Origin: an uncultured Rikenellaceae bacterium
Lineage (GTDB): Bacteria; Bacteroidota; Bacteroidia; Bacteroidales; VadinHA17
Length of the DNA stretch: 64,000 bases
Direction: 5' to 3'
Assembly: GCA_964472085.1 (NCBI GenBank)
Contig: CAYYIW010000012.1
Span: forward strand, 29,753 to 93,752
In this document: piece after piece, positions 9,871 through 20,256 of the stretch
Position numbering within the stretch: the first letter of the stretch is position 1
Layout of the letters: each line of letters starts with the position of its first letter
Notes under the pieces: generated by a model
The model's database searches: none
The model's input: only the letters and a program-made list of their open reading frames with translations
What the model was told of the DNA's origin: nothing
Position numbers and translations under genes: made by a program

Positions 9871-10647
9871 TCACCACACTTTTTCCATAAGCATTATGTT
9901 CCTTAATTCCCGGGAACTTATGTTCTCCCTTATGTCTCCTGTCTCGACGACTGAGATATAACCGGTCTCTTCAGATATGATAATAATTATAGCATCGGAA
10001 TGTTCCGACATTCCAATAGCTGCCCTGTGTCTCATACCATACCTTGTAGGAAGATCCACCATCTCTGTAACAGGCAACGGACATCTTGCTGCCAGCACAA
10101 GATTACCTTCAATCAATACTGCTCCGTCATGCAGGGGAGAATTCTTGAAGAAGATTGTTTCCAGAAGTGCTGCACTTATCTTCGCTTTAAGAATTTCGCC
10201 ACCTTCAGTGAAAAGTGCCAGGCTGCTCTTGCGCCCTATCACAATCAGGGCCCCCGTCCTGTTAGAAGACATTGATTCACAGGCACGTACTATCTCTTCG
10301 GCTTCCCTGTGACTTACCACCTCCTTTTGTACCGAAGAAAAGAACCTCAGGAAAGAAAACCTGTTACTCGAAAGGTACCTGGTGCCAAGAACAAGTAAAA
10401 ATCGCCTTACCTCCTGCTGGAAGACAATAATGAGTGCCAGCACACCTACTCCTATCACCTGTCCGAGCAATGCGCTTATAAGTTCCATCTTAAGTGCTCT
10501 GACAAGTAACCAGAATACATAAATGAAGAAGATAGCCATGACGATGCTGAAAGCAGCTGTACCACGTATTATCCTGTATAATTGAAAAAGGATCAGTGCT
10601 ACCAGAAAAATATCAAGGATATCGAGTACTGTAATATGAAAAAGCAT
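9871..10647 (-). CDS. cdaA: diadenylate cyclase CdaA (c-di-AMP synthase)
   Basis: 258 aa. Three N-terminal TM helices followed by a DisA_N/DAC domain (PLHDGAVLI, RHRAAIGMSEHSDAIIIIISEETGYIS). Confidence 0.9.
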   Translation of the reverse strand: MLFHITVLDILDIFLVALILFQLYRIIRGTAAFSIVMAIFFIYVFWLLVRALKMELISALLGQVIGVGVLALIIVFQQEVRRFLLVLGTRYLSSNRFSFLRFFSSVQKEVVSHREAEEIVRACESMSSNRTGALIVIGRKSSLALFTEGGEILKAKISAALLETIFFKNSPLHDGAVLIEGNLVLAARCPLPVTEMVDLPTRYGMRHRAAIGMSEHSDAIIIIISEETGYISVVETGDIRENISSRELRNIMLMEKVW

Positions 10648-10685
10648 GTCCTGAATATATTTTTTCTAAAAATACGGAAACATTT

Positions 10686-11585
10686 TTAATCCTGGAGGTT
10701 TCTGAATAATTTCACAACCTCTACGGCTTGTTTTACGTCATGAACACGTAAGATATCAGCTCCCCGCATCAGTACTGCCATATTCAGTGCTGAGGTACCG
10801 TTAAGGGCGTCTTCGGCAGATATTCCAAGGGCTTTCCATATCATCGATTTCCTTGACAGACCAGCAAGAACCGGCAGACCTGCAATCGAAAACTCTTCAA
10901 ACCTTCTCAATATCTCGAAGTTATGTGCAACAGTCTTGCCAAATCCGAAACCAGGATCAATAATAATATCTTTAACGCCGGCTGAATGCAACCTTACAAT
11001 TCTTTTACCGAACCATTTCAGGATATCTGCCACAACGTCATCATAAACAGGATCATTCTGCATTGTCTTCGGAGTACCTTTCATATGCATTAGGATATAC
11101 GGAACGTTAAGCTTTTCGATAGCATCATACATCCTCGGATCGGCCTCACCGCCTGATATGTCATTCACCATCCCGGCACCATATTTTTCAACAGCCTCCA
11201 AAGCTATCGCGGCCCTGAAGGTATCGACTGAAATAATCATTTCCGGCAATTTTCTTGAAACCAGCCTGACTGCATTTAAAACCCTATTCCCCTCCTCTGC
11301 TTCGGAAACAGCATGAGCACCGGGGCGTGAAGAATAGCCGCCAATATCAAGAATATCCGCTCCTTCCTCCTTCATCCTGACAGCTGCCCCTATGATATCC
11401 GCCTCACTCATAAACCTGCTCCCGCTGTAAAATGAATCAGGTGTCACATTAAGGATTCCCATTATACGGGGTATCTTCAGATCAAGCAGATTACCACCTG
11501 CATTAATATACCGGCTTTTTCCTTTCATATCTTTGTTCTTACATGCCGAAATTAAGAAATTATTAAAAACATCCCGACTTTTCAA
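10686..11585 (-). CDS. folP: dihydropteroate synthase
   Basis: 299 aa. Pterin-binding motifs IMGILNVTPDSFY, DIGGYSSRPG and DPGFGFGK. The true start may be the internal MKGKSRY at 11528. Confidence 0.9.
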   Translation of the reverse strand: MKSRDVFNNFLISACKNKDMKGKSRYINAGGNLLDLKIPRIMGILNVTPDSFYSGSRFMSEADIIGAAVRMKEEGADILDIGGYSSRPGAHAVSEAEEGNRVLNAVRLVSRKLPEMIISVDTFRAAIALEAVEKYGAGMVNDISGGEADPRMYDAIEKLNVPYILMHMKGTPKTMQNDPVYDDVVADILKWFGKRIVRLHSAGVKDIIIDPGFGFGKTVAHNFEILRRFEEFSIAGLPVLAGLSRKSMIWKALGISAEDALNGTSALNMAVLMRGADILRVHDVKQAVEVVKLFRNLQD

Positions 11586-11625
11586 CTAAACAAGGTTTAC
11601 ATTTTCAACTTTCATATGCGGTTAT

Positions 11626-11633
11626 TACATTTG
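11626..11633 (+). promoter_or_regulatory. Bacteroidota sigma-A -7 box (TAnnTTTG) upstream of tmk
   Basis: TACATTTG, 25 nt upstream of the ATG at 11658. Assigned by match to the family consensus only. Confidence 0.4.
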
Positions 11634-11657
11634 TAGTGAAAGAAACCAGAAATAAAT

Positions 11658-12344
11658 ATGAAGCTTTTTGTCATTGAGGGAGTCGACGGGGCTGGTAAAT
11701 CGACACAAATAAGGATGCTAAACGACTTCTTCACAGAGAAAGGATTTAACTGCGAATACCTTCACTTTCCCAGGACCAGCACCCCTTATTTTGGCGAGCT
11801 CATAGCGCGGTTTCTCAGGGGAGAATTTGGTACTCTGAATGAAGTCAATCCCTACCTGGTTGCCATGCTGTATGCAGGCGACAGGAAAGATGCGGCAGTA
11901 ACCATTAACAGCTGGCTCAATGAAGGGAAAGTCGTTCTTCTTGACAGGTATACCTATTCAAACATAGCTTACCAATGTGCCAAACTCGACAGCAAAGAAT
12001 CCCGTGATGAATTAATGAAGTGGATACTTGCCCTGGAATTTGATCATTTTGCCATACCAAAACCCGATCTTAATATTTTCCTCGATGTACCATTCTCGTT
12101 TACAGAAAAAAAATTATCAGATGCACGGACGGGTAACGACAGGATCTACCTCAACGGTAACCGCGACATTCACGAAGAAAACCTTACATTCCAGAAAACA
12201 GTAAGAGATATATATTTCAATGTGTCCCAGGTTGACAACCGGCTGGCCATGGTCAATTGCAGCAGCTCTGAAGGATCCATATTAAGCCCGGAGGAGATAT
12301 TCTCCATTATTATTAAACTACTAACAGACAAAAAGCTAATATAG
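11658..12344 (+). CDS. tmk: dTMP (thymidylate) kinase
   Basis: 228 aa. P-loop IEGVDGAGKSTQ and the DRY motif (LLDRYTYSNIAYQ) typical of Tmk. Confidence 0.8.
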   Translation: MKLFVIEGVDGAGKSTQIRMLNDFFTEKGFNCEYLHFPRTSTPYFGELIARFLRGEFGTLNEVNPYLVAMLYAGDRKDAAVTINSWLNEGKVVLLDRYTYSNIAYQCAKLDSKESRDELMKWILALEFDHFAIPKPDLNIFLDVPFSFTEKKLSDARTGNDRIYLNGNRDIHEENLTFQKTVRDIYFNVSQVDNRLAMVNCSSSEGSILSPEEIFSIIIKLLTDKKLI

Positions 12345-12345
12345 G

Positions 12346-13473
12346 ATGAAGATTATAAGGTTGTTAAGCAGGATAATAACAGGACTTGTTTTCATTTTCT
12401 CAGGAGTGGTTAAAGCTATTGATCCTCTTGGATCGTCATATAAATTCCATGATTATTTCCAGGCTTTCAACCTTGGATTTCTGGATAATTTCACACTGGC
12501 TCTGGCTATAATCCTTTGTACGTCAGAATTTATTGCCGGATTTTCAGTACTTACAGGTATCAGGCAAAAAACAGGGGTATGGTTGGTTCTCATCCTGATG
12601 ATAATCTTTACACCTGTAACCCTCGTCCTGGCAATTTCAAATCCAGTAACAGATTGCGGTTGCTTCGGAGACGCCATTCACCTGACCAACTGGGAGACCT
12701 TCCTTAAGAATGTCATCCTGATTACCATGGCTATTATACTGTTTACAGGCAGGCGTAATATCTCAAAAGTCTTCAAACCGTTAACAGAATGGCTGATATC
12801 AGCAGGTGTAGTAATAATATTTGTCCTGTTCTCACTTTATAATCTGAAGTATCTTCCTGTCATCGATTTCCTGCCTTATAAAAAGGGGGTCAGGATAGCA
12901 GATGAGATGATCATTCCTGAAGGCGCTGCTCCTGACCAGTACAAGACAACATTTATTTATGAAAAGAATGGGGTAAGAAAGGAATTCGATCTTGAGAATT
13001 ACCCTGCAGGTGACAGCACCTGGAAATTCATTGATCAGAAATCTATCCTGGTGCAGAAAGGTTACCAGCCTCCCATCCATGATTTCTTAATCACATCTCC
13101 CGGTGGGACTGATCTGACACAGAAAATACTGGACTATCCGGGTTATACACTCCTGATGATATCAAAGAAACTGCAGGAAGCCGATAAAGATCGCCTGGAA
13201 AAAGGATTCAGCCTGGGAAGGGCCTGTCTTGATTCCGGGATGAAATTTTATATACTTACATCATCCGTATCGGGAGTGGTGAATTATTACAAGAATGGCC
13301 TGACTTTTTGTTCTGTTGACGAAACAACACTTAAAACAATGGTAAGAGCAAATCCCGGATATATGCTGCTCCGCGACGGAGTAATAGAAGGGAAATGGTC
13401 ATGGGCAAACGTTCCCGGAGATGAATGGTTCATAAAAAAGGCCGGTGAAGAAGCAGGTGAACATGAAAAATGA
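12346..13473 (+). CDS. MauE/DoxX-type membrane protein fused to a thioredoxin-fold-like C-terminal domain (BT_3928-like)
   Basis: 375 aa. Four or five N-terminal TM helices with the DCGCFG motif of the MauE/DoxX family. The soluble C-terminal half has no CxxC. Starts 1 nt after the tmk stop. Confidence 0.6.
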   Translation: MKIIRLLSRIITGLVFIFSGVVKAIDPLGSSYKFHDYFQAFNLGFLDNFTLALAIILCTSEFIAGFSVLTGIRQKTGVWLVLILMIIFTPVTLVLAISNPVTDCGCFGDAIHLTNWETFLKNVILITMAIILFTGRRNISKVFKPLTEWLISAGVVIIFVLFSLYNLKYLPVIDFLPYKKGVRIADEMIIPEGAAPDQYKTTFIYEKNGVRKEFDLENYPAGDSTWKFIDQKSILVQKGYQPPIHDFLITSPGGTDLTQKILDYPGYTLLMISKKLQEADKDRLEKGFSLGRACLDSGMKFYILTSSVSGVVNYYKNGLTFCSVDETTLKTMVRANPGYMLLRDGVIEGKWSWANVPGDEWFIKKAGEEAGEHEK

Positions 13474-13524
13474 AAGAAGAAGATGCATTTAAACCCACTA
13501 TAACATTTATTTAAACTATTTCAT

Positions 13525-14283
13525 ATGAGAAAGAAAATTGTAGCCGGTAACTGGAAAATGAACATGGATCTGCAAGAGGGGCTGACATTTGCAGCATCAC
13601 TCGAAGACTATTTCAAAGATAATACTCCGGCTGTAGCTGAAGTTATCATCTGTACACCATTCATTCACCTCGCAGGCATAGCTGACATACTGAAAAGCGG
13701 CAAGGTGGCCCTCGGTGCACAAAACTGTGCCCCGGAGGCATCAGGTGCCTATACCGGTGAGGTTTCTCCCGGTATGGTAAAAAGCACAGGAGCTGAATAT
13801 GTCATTCTCGGCCATTCTGAAAGAAGATCTTACTATCACGAAGATGACAGCCTGCTTAATAAAAAGACTATGCTTGCCCTGGATACGGGACTGAAAGTTA
13901 TTTTCTGCTGCGGTGAGGTAAAAAGTGAAAGAGAGGAAGAAATACATTTCAAGGTTGTTAAAAAGCAACTGGAAGACGGACTTTTCAGTCTTTCAGAAGA
14001 ACAGATGAAAAATATAGTGATTGCATACGAACCTGTCTGGGCTATCGGTACGGGTCTTACAGCCACCCCCGAACAGGCACAGGAAATGCATAAATACATC
14101 AGGGACCGGGTAAAAGCGAAGTACAGCGATAAATGTGCCGATAATCTGACAATTCTATACGGAGGAAGTTGTAAGCCTTCAAATGCTGCTGAGATATTCT
14201 CAAAGCCAGATGTTGACGGTGGTCTGATCGGAGGGGCTTCGCTGAAAAAAGATGATTTTGCTGCAATAACAGAGGCATTTTAG
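13525..14283 (+). CDS. tpiA: triose-phosphate isomerase
   Basis: 252 aa. [26 protein letters not shown] and GGASL motifs. Confidence 0.95.
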   Translation: MRKKIVAGNWKMNMDLQEGLTFAASLEDYFKDNTPAVAEVIICTPFIHLAGIADILKSGKVALGAQNCAPEASGAYTGEVSPGMVKSTGAEYVILGHSERRSYYHEDDSLLNKKTMLALDTGLKVIFCCGEVKSEREEEIHFKVVKKQLEDGLFSLSEEQMKNIVIAYEPVWAIGTGLTATPEQAQEMHKYIRDRVKAKYSDKCADNLTILYGGSCKPSNAAEIFSKPDVDGGLIGGASLKKDDFAAITEAF

Positions 14284-14453
14284 ACCTCCATGGTGTCCGT
14301 CTGATAATGGATTTTTCCAGGCAGGATCAGATAACGAATGATCCGTACGACAGTCCCTGTTCTTAAAAAAGAAATATTTACCGGTACTGTTGCGTTAGTG
14401 GTATAAAGCAGAATGCTGTAAAGCAGTGGAAATATTATAATTTAATCTATCCT

Positions 14454-17400
14454 ATGTTGCGAAAACTGATTTTGTTTATTGTTGCGGCAGAGTTGTGCTC
14501 CACTTCCCTGTTGTGCCAGACCAGATCAGTATTCTCCGGCGATCCTGCAAAATATATTTCAGAACTCAGGGATTATATGGGCCCCAACCTGAAGGATGAA
14601 CAACTGGCCGTGTTAAATACGTTTTTTGCTGAATGGGATAGTCTGGCCTTTAATCAGGAAAGCAAAAACCTAATTATAGATATCTCAAATCAGTTTTCAA
14701 CAAGAAATATGAGACCTGTACCTCATTTTCTTGATTTTCTTCTTAGCATCAATAAGTTCATAGGCTACAGGCAAGATGCGGCATCTTTCAAAAACTGGCT
14801 CTCCGGTGTCAGCGAACTGGCATTTAATCCCGACTTTACAAATAACCAACTCGACATGTTTTTCAGGACTATTTCATCTGTCATCAGTGACAATATCCTT
14901 TATGAATCGGGCGTGGTTAAATGGAAAGTCAAAAACACGATACTGACAATAAAATATGATACCCTGTTTTACATAGGCGTTGACAGGGGCACACTGACTT
15001 GCTATTCACAGAAAGACAGTACAGAAATCTACAATGTGACCGGCAAATATTACCCTGAGTTGCAACTTTTTAAAGGGGAAACGGGAAAAGTGACATGGGA
15101 AAAGGCCGGCTATCCTGCAAATGATCTCTATGCGGAGATCCACGATTACAGCATCAATACCTTCAAGAATTCATTCTCTGCAGATTCAGCAAGCCTGACG
15201 GCCAAAGCTTATTTCAGGAACCCGGTATCCGGTACCCTAACTGACAGGGCCGTTACATTTAGCAATAAAGAGAGAGCCGATTATCCGCGCTTCATAACGT
15301 ACGTAAAGGAATTTCGTATTAAGGATCTTTACAAAGGTGTCGATTATGAAGGAGGGCTTGCGTTTGAAGGTGCAAAAGTGATGGGTACCGGAGAAAACTA
15401 CAAACCGGCTGTTGTTTCGCTTTACAGGAATGATTCCCTTTACCTTAAATTGAGATCAAAAGCATTTACTTTCACAAAAGAAGGCCTTAACAGCCAGGAA
15501 GCAGCCATGTCCCTCTATCTTGGAAAAGACTCGATATATCATACCAATCTTGGATTTTCTTATTTCTCCGGCACCAGGCAGGTTAATCTTTTCCGAACCA
15601 ACAACCCCGTATCAAAAAGTCCGTATTTCGATTCATATCACAGCATGGACATGTATTTTGAATACCTGTCGTGGAATATGAATGAGCCAAAAGTAATAAT
15701 GTCAAGGGCCAGGGGTGCGTCCCTCGGGCAGGCAGAGTTTGAATCATCTTCATATTTCAACTCAGATTATTTCATGAGGCTGATGGGAATAGATGATTAT
15801 CATCCTTTATACCAGTTAATAAGATTTGCCGAGTATTACTACTCGGAGACTTTTCCTGTACCTGAATTTGCAAAATGGCTTCACAGGCCCCAGGAATCTG
15901 TAACAGGATTATGTATCGACCTTGCAAACCAGGGTTTTCTTTATTATGACAGGACAAATAACGAGGTTACCATCAAGCAAAAAACAAAAGATTTTATAGC
16001 TGCCTATGCCAGGAAGAAGGATTATGATGTCCTTAACATTATAAGCGAGACAAAGGCTCCGACAGATAATGCATCACTTGACATGAGAAACTTCAAACTT
16101 ACTGTTAACGGGGTCAGGGGGGTATTGCTGAGCGATTCACAAAAAGTAGCCATTTACCCTTATAAACAACAGCTTATAATTGGCAAAAACCGGGATATTT
16201 CCTTTGACGGCATTGTAAATGCAGGATTATTCACCGTTTATGGTCACCAGTTTACCTTCAGGTATGATACTTTTAAAGTTGATCTGCATAAGATTGATTC
16301 GATCAAGATCGCTGTGGAAACAGATAAAAAAGACATGCTGGGCAATCCAATCATAAAACAGGTCGATAACCTGATACAGTTGGGATCGGCCCATCTGTAT
16401 ATAGATGATCCCGGCAATAAATCCGGACTCTTAAGTTATAAACAATACCCGATCATCGATGCAACAACTTACTCATATATCTTTTACGACAGAATACCCG
16501 GACTAGAGGGAGTCTATAAAAAAGATGATTTCTATTTTAAAATAGATCCTTTCACATATGACAATATTGATCACTATACCAATACCGATATGAATCTTAC
16601 CGGTGAGTTTGTAGGCGGCAAGATCCTGAAACCCATGCGTCAATACCTTACTATCCAGGAAAACAACTCACTGGGATTTAACATGGTGATACCTGAGGAG
16701 GGTATTGAAGTATATGATGGGAAAGGCAGGTTATATGATGCCATTAACATGAGTAACAAGGGGCTTGTTGGCAGCGGAACCCTTACTCATCTTTCGTCAG
16801 TAACAAAATCGGATGAATACAGATTTTTTCCTGATTCAATGCTGACCCATGCTTCCACATTCGTTATGAATAATGACACTACAGGAAAATTCCCGGTATT
16901 GCAAAGCGACAATGTCGATATTAAGTGGCTGACAGATAATAACCAGTGGATGGCTACCAATGCTACAGGAAAGTATTTTAGCATGTTTAATAACGGGACC
17001 ACCATGGATGGGACAGTTAACCTGACACCTTCGATGCTTAAAGGTGATGGTGTCGTTAATACGACCGATTCAAGAGTAACATCAAACCAGTTCAGGTTCT
17101 CATCCTCCTCCATTATGGCCGATACTTCCGATTACAATCTTAAATCAAAAACCACCAACGGCTATTCATTTATAGCGGAAAATGTAAACTCCAATATCAG
17201 TTTTGACCGGAGGAAATCTGTATTTCACCTGAACACCGATTCCTCAGTGGTAAAATTCCCTGAGATCCAGTATATCTGTACAATGACAGACTTTGAATAT
17301 AATATGGATACAAGGATCCTTAATATGGAGCAGAAGGGAAAATCAGACACTCCACTTCTTACACCGGACAAGCTTCTCAGACTTGATTTCAACAGGCTGG

Positions 17401-18944
17401 ACAAACCAACTTTCTTTGCTACCAATATTGTTGAAGATACTATTGCTTTTTCATCCTGGAAAGGCAGCTATCACCTCGACCAGGAATTTATTGAAGCAGA
17501 AGATATCAATTATATCCATATTGCCGATGCCCTTATTCAGCCTGAAAACGGGAAGATCGTAATAAACAGAAGAGCCAGGATACAACAACTACAGAATGCT
17601 GTACTGGCTGTCAATAACCGCTATATACTTCATAGCGGAAAGATTGATATTGAATCGACAAAAAGATATAGCGGCAGTGCTGTATATGATTATGTCGATG
17701 AAGATAGTAATTTACAGCCTGTCAGTTTCCCGCAACTTGAGGTTGATACCCTTACAACAAGCGCAAGAGGCTACATCCCTGCTTCTCAGAAATTCATGCT
17801 GAGTCCGCAGTTTTCATTCACCGGTGATGTCATGCTTAATGCGAGAAAGGATTTCCTGACCTTTACCGGTGCTGCGGGTATTGTTCATAAGTGCAATGAC
17901 ATTAAAAGTTACAATGTCAAGTTCAAATCGATGATCGACCCTAAAAATGTTATGATACCCATAAGTGAAAAACCCAGAGACATAAATGACAATCTGGTAT
18001 TCTCAGGTTCGTTCATTAATACTGATTCGATCCACATATATCCTGCTTTCCTGTCACCGGAGAAATCATGGTCCGATATTCCCATTGTAAACTCCTACGG
18101 TTACCTGTACTTTGACAAAGCAAAAGGGACATACCTTATCGCATCGCTCGAAAAACTGGCTGATGAATCTCTTCCCGGGAATATTATAGGTTTTGACAAG
18201 AATTATTGCATCCTTAACGGGGAAGGAAACCTTAACCTTGGTGTACAGTTCGACCTGGTAAAAATGAAGAGTGCAGGAACAGTAAGACATGTGATTGATT
18301 CCGGAAAGGTAAACATTCATGCTATAATGGCCGTCGATTTTTATTTCTCCGAAGAAGCTCTGAAAGTCATGTCGGATGAGATCAGGATGATACCTTCCCT
18401 TAAACCGGTGAATCTTAATACAGATCTTAACAAGAAAGGCATGAAGGACCTTCTTGGTGTAAATGCTGCCAACCAGATCAAAGAAGAAATGGACCTTTTC
18501 GGCTCATCCAGGAACATGCCCAAAGAATACAATTATGAACTTCTTTTAAATGATGTGAATCTGTACTGGAATGAGGCTACAGGTTCATTCAGATCAAAAG
18601 GTAAAATAGGAATAGGTTTTATTGGAACACAGCCGATGAATGTTTACGTCGACGGTTATATTGAGATACAGCACAGAAGGTCCGGAGATATGATGGATAT
18701 CTATCTTAAAGCCGACAGGTCAACCTGGTATTACTTCTCGTATTTCAGGGGAGTGTTGATGACACAATCAAGCAATACCGAATACAATTCCATTATAGTC
18801 AACACAAAACTCAATGCGCGTAAACATTCTGAATCCACCACCCGTACACCATACACATATATGATAGCGGTGGAAGGCCGACTTAGCCGCTTCCTGAGAA
18901 GGATGTCAAGTGATAACCCGGATGAAGAACAGGAAGAAAGATAA
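14454..18944 (+). CDS. very large secreted hypothetical protein (1496 aa)
   Basis: Uninterrupted 4.5-kb ORF. N-terminal signal (MLRKLILFIVAAELCSTSLLCQ) and an acidic C-terminal tail. No domain recognised by eye. Confidence 0.7.
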   Translation: MLRKLILFIVAAELCSTSLLCQTRSVFSGDPAKYISELRDYMGPNLKDEQLAVLNTFFAEWDSLAFNQESKNLIIDISNQFSTRNMRPVPHFLDFLLSINKFIGYRQDAASFKNWLSGVSELAFNPDFTNNQLDMFFRTISSVISDNILYESGVVKWKVKNTILTIKYDTLFYIGVDRGTLTCYSQKDSTEIYNVTGKYYPELQLFKGETGKVTWEKAGYPANDLYAEIHDYSINTFKNSFSADSASLTAKAYFRNPVSGTLTDRAVTFSNKERADYPRFITYVKEFRIKDLYKGVDYEGGLAFEGAKVMGTGENYKPAVVSLYRNDSLYLKLRSKAFTFTKEGLNSQEAAMSLYLGKDSIYHTNLGFSYFSGTRQVNLFRTNNPVSKSPYFDSYHSMDMYFEYLSWNMNEPKVIMSRARGASLGQAEFESSSYFNSDYFMRLMGIDDYHPLYQLIRFAEYYYSETFPVPEFAKWLHRPQESVTGLCIDLANQGFLYYDRTNNEVTIKQKTKDFIAAYARKKDYDVLNIISETKAPTDNASLDMRNFKLTVNGVRGVLLSDSQKVAIYPYKQQLIIGKNRDISFDGIVNAGLFTVYGHQFTFRYDTFKVDLHKIDSIKIAVETDKKDMLGNPIIKQVDNLIQLGSAHLYIDDPGNKSGLLSYKQYPIIDATTYSYIFYDRIPGLEGVYKKDDFYFKIDPFTYDNIDHYTNTDMNLTGEFVGGKILKPMRQYLTIQENNSLGFNMVIPEEGIEVYDGKGRLYDAINMSNKGLVGSGTLTHLSSVTKSDEYRFFPDSMLTHASTFVMNNDTTGKFPVLQSDNVDIKWLTDNNQWMATNATGKYFSMFNNGTTMDGTVNLTPSMLKGDGVVNTTDSRVTSNQFRFSSSSIMADTSDYNLKSKTTNGYSFIAENVNSNISFDRRKSVFHLNTDSSVVKFPEIQYICTMTDFEYNMDTRILNMEQKGKSDTPLLTPDKLLRLDFNRLDKPTFFATNIVEDTIAFSSWKGSYHLDQEFIEAEDINYIHIADALIQPENGKIVINRRARIQQLQNAVLAVNNRYILHSGKIDIESTKRYSGSAVYDYVDEDSNLQPVSFPQLEVDTLTTSARGYIPASQKFMLSPQFSFTGDVMLNARKDFLTFTGAAGIVHKCNDIKSYNVKFKSMIDPKNVMIPISEKPRDINDNLVFSGSFINTDSIHIYPAFLSPEKSWSDIPIVNSYGYLYFDKAKGTYLIASLEKLADESLPGNIIGFDKNYCILNGEGNLNLGVQFDLVKMKSAGTVRHVIDSGKVNIHAIMAVDFYFSEEALKVMSDEIRMIPSLKPVNLNTDLNKKGMKDLLGVNAANQIKEEMDLFGSSRNMPKEYNYELLLNDVNLYWNEATGSFRSKGKIGIGFIGTQPMNVYVDGYIEIQHRRSGDMMDIYLKADRSTWYYFSYFRGVLMTQSSNTEYNSIIVNTKLNARKHSESTTRTPYTYMIAVEGRLSRFLRRMSSDNPDEEQEER

Positions 18945-18947
18945 TCC

Positions 18948-19448
18948 TCATCCTCTTTTATCAAGTTCAATAAGTTCAAGGTCATGGATATTTTTTCCGT
19001 CAATCTGTAAACGGATTGCCGTAATAAATTTATGAAAACCGTTTTTCCCTGCAGCGCCGGGATTAATAAACAGGAATCCTCCCTTTTTATCATACTGTAC
19101 CTTTGCAACATGTGAATGACCACAAATAAAAAGATCGGGCGGATCATCATAGATCACCTGTTTTACCCTGCGGTCATAGTGACCGGGGTACCCTCCTATG
19201 TGGGTAATCCATACATTTATTTCCTCCAGAATGAATCGCAAATGCTCCTTATATACAATACGTAGCCTGGCATCATCAATGTTGCCGTATACGGCACGCA
19301 ATGGTTTGAATCCGGCCAGCTTATCTGCTGTTTCAATATTACCTATGTCGCCGGCATGCCATATCTCATCAACATCTGCAAAAAATTTATATAATGAGGG
19401 ATGAATCCAGCCATGTGTGTCTGAAACAATGCCGATTTTCATTAGCAA
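18948..19448 (-). CDS. metallophosphoesterase, YfcE/MJ0936 family
   Basis: 166 aa. Phosphoesterase motifs SDTHG, GDIGN, GNID and GHSH. Confidence 0.85.
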   Translation of the reverse strand: MLMKIGIVSDTHGWIHPSLYKFFADVDEIWHAGDIGNIETADKLAGFKPLRAVYGNIDDARLRIVYKEHLRFILEEINVWITHIGGYPGHYDRRVKQVIYDDPPDLFICGHSHVAKVQYDKKGGFLFINPGAAGKNGFHKFITAIRLQIDGKNIHDLELIELDKRG

Positions 19449-19523
19449 ATAATATTTCCGGTTTATAAATACTAATTAACATAAACCTTTTTAAACATAG
19501 GCTCAATCTTATAACAATTTCTC

Positions 19524-19531
19524 TACTTTTG
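19524..19531 (+). promoter_or_regulatory. Bacteroidota -7 box (TAnnTTTG) upstream of rsmE
   Basis: TACTTTTG, 16 nt upstream of the ATG at 19547. Confidence 0.4.
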
Positions 19532-19546
19532 TAATACAAGGTAACT

Positions 19547-20251
19547 ATGCAGGTATTTTATGCCCCGGATATAAAAGGTGATACTTATATCCTTGATGAA
19601 AAAGAATCAAGGCATATAGTACGTGTCATGAGAATGCCAAAAGGGGCTCCTGTGATGTTGATCGACGGTTTAGGAAATCTTTACGAGGGAGTAATATCGG
19701 ATCCCGATCAAAAAAGATGCACAATCTCTGTTACTGCGGTAACTGAAAAGTTTGAAGAGAAGAGCTACAGGCTACACCTTGCGGTTTCTCCCCTTAAAAA
19801 TGCAGACAGGTTCGAATGGCTGATAGAAAAAAGTGTTGAGATAGGCATCGATGAAATAACACCTGTCATCAGCCAGCACACCGAAAAAAAGGGTATACGG
19901 GAAGAAAGACTTAACAACATTATAGTCTCTGCCATGAAGCAATCCCTTAAGACCAGGAGACCGGTACTGAATCAGCCCGTATCTTTCGGCGAGTTTATAG
20001 CCTCAGTAAATTCTCCCGTAAAGATTATTGCTCATTGCAATGTTTCGATGAGCAGGAAAAAAATAACAGAAGTCTGTCCCCCCGGAACAGATACAGCGAT
20101 AATGATCGGACCGGAAGGAGACTTCAGTGAAAGAGAAATAGATGATGCTGTCAGAAGCGGATTTGTTTCAATCCACCTTGGTAAAAGCCGGCTCAGAAGT
20201 GAGACAGCAGGTTTAGCTGCCTGCTTCTCCATTTACCTTATTAACCAGTGA
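19547..20251 (+). CDS. rsmE: 16S rRNA (uracil1498-N3)-methyltransferase
   Basis: 234 aa. PUA-like N-terminus (FYAP...L..EESRHIVRVMRM) and a SPOUT C-terminus (IGPEGDFSEREI...LGKSRLRSETA). Confidence 0.85.
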   Translation: MQVFYAPDIKGDTYILDEKESRHIVRVMRMPKGAPVMLIDGLGNLYEGVISDPDQKRCTISVTAVTEKFEEKSYRLHLAVSPLKNADRFEWLIEKSVEIGIDEITPVISQHTEKKGIREERLNNIIVSAMKQSLKTRRPVLNQPVSFGEFIASVNSPVKIIAHCNVSMSRKKITEVCPPGTDTAIMIGPEGDFSEREIDDAVRSGFVSIHLGKSRLRSETAGLAACFSIYLINQ

Positions 20252-20256
20252 CATTA

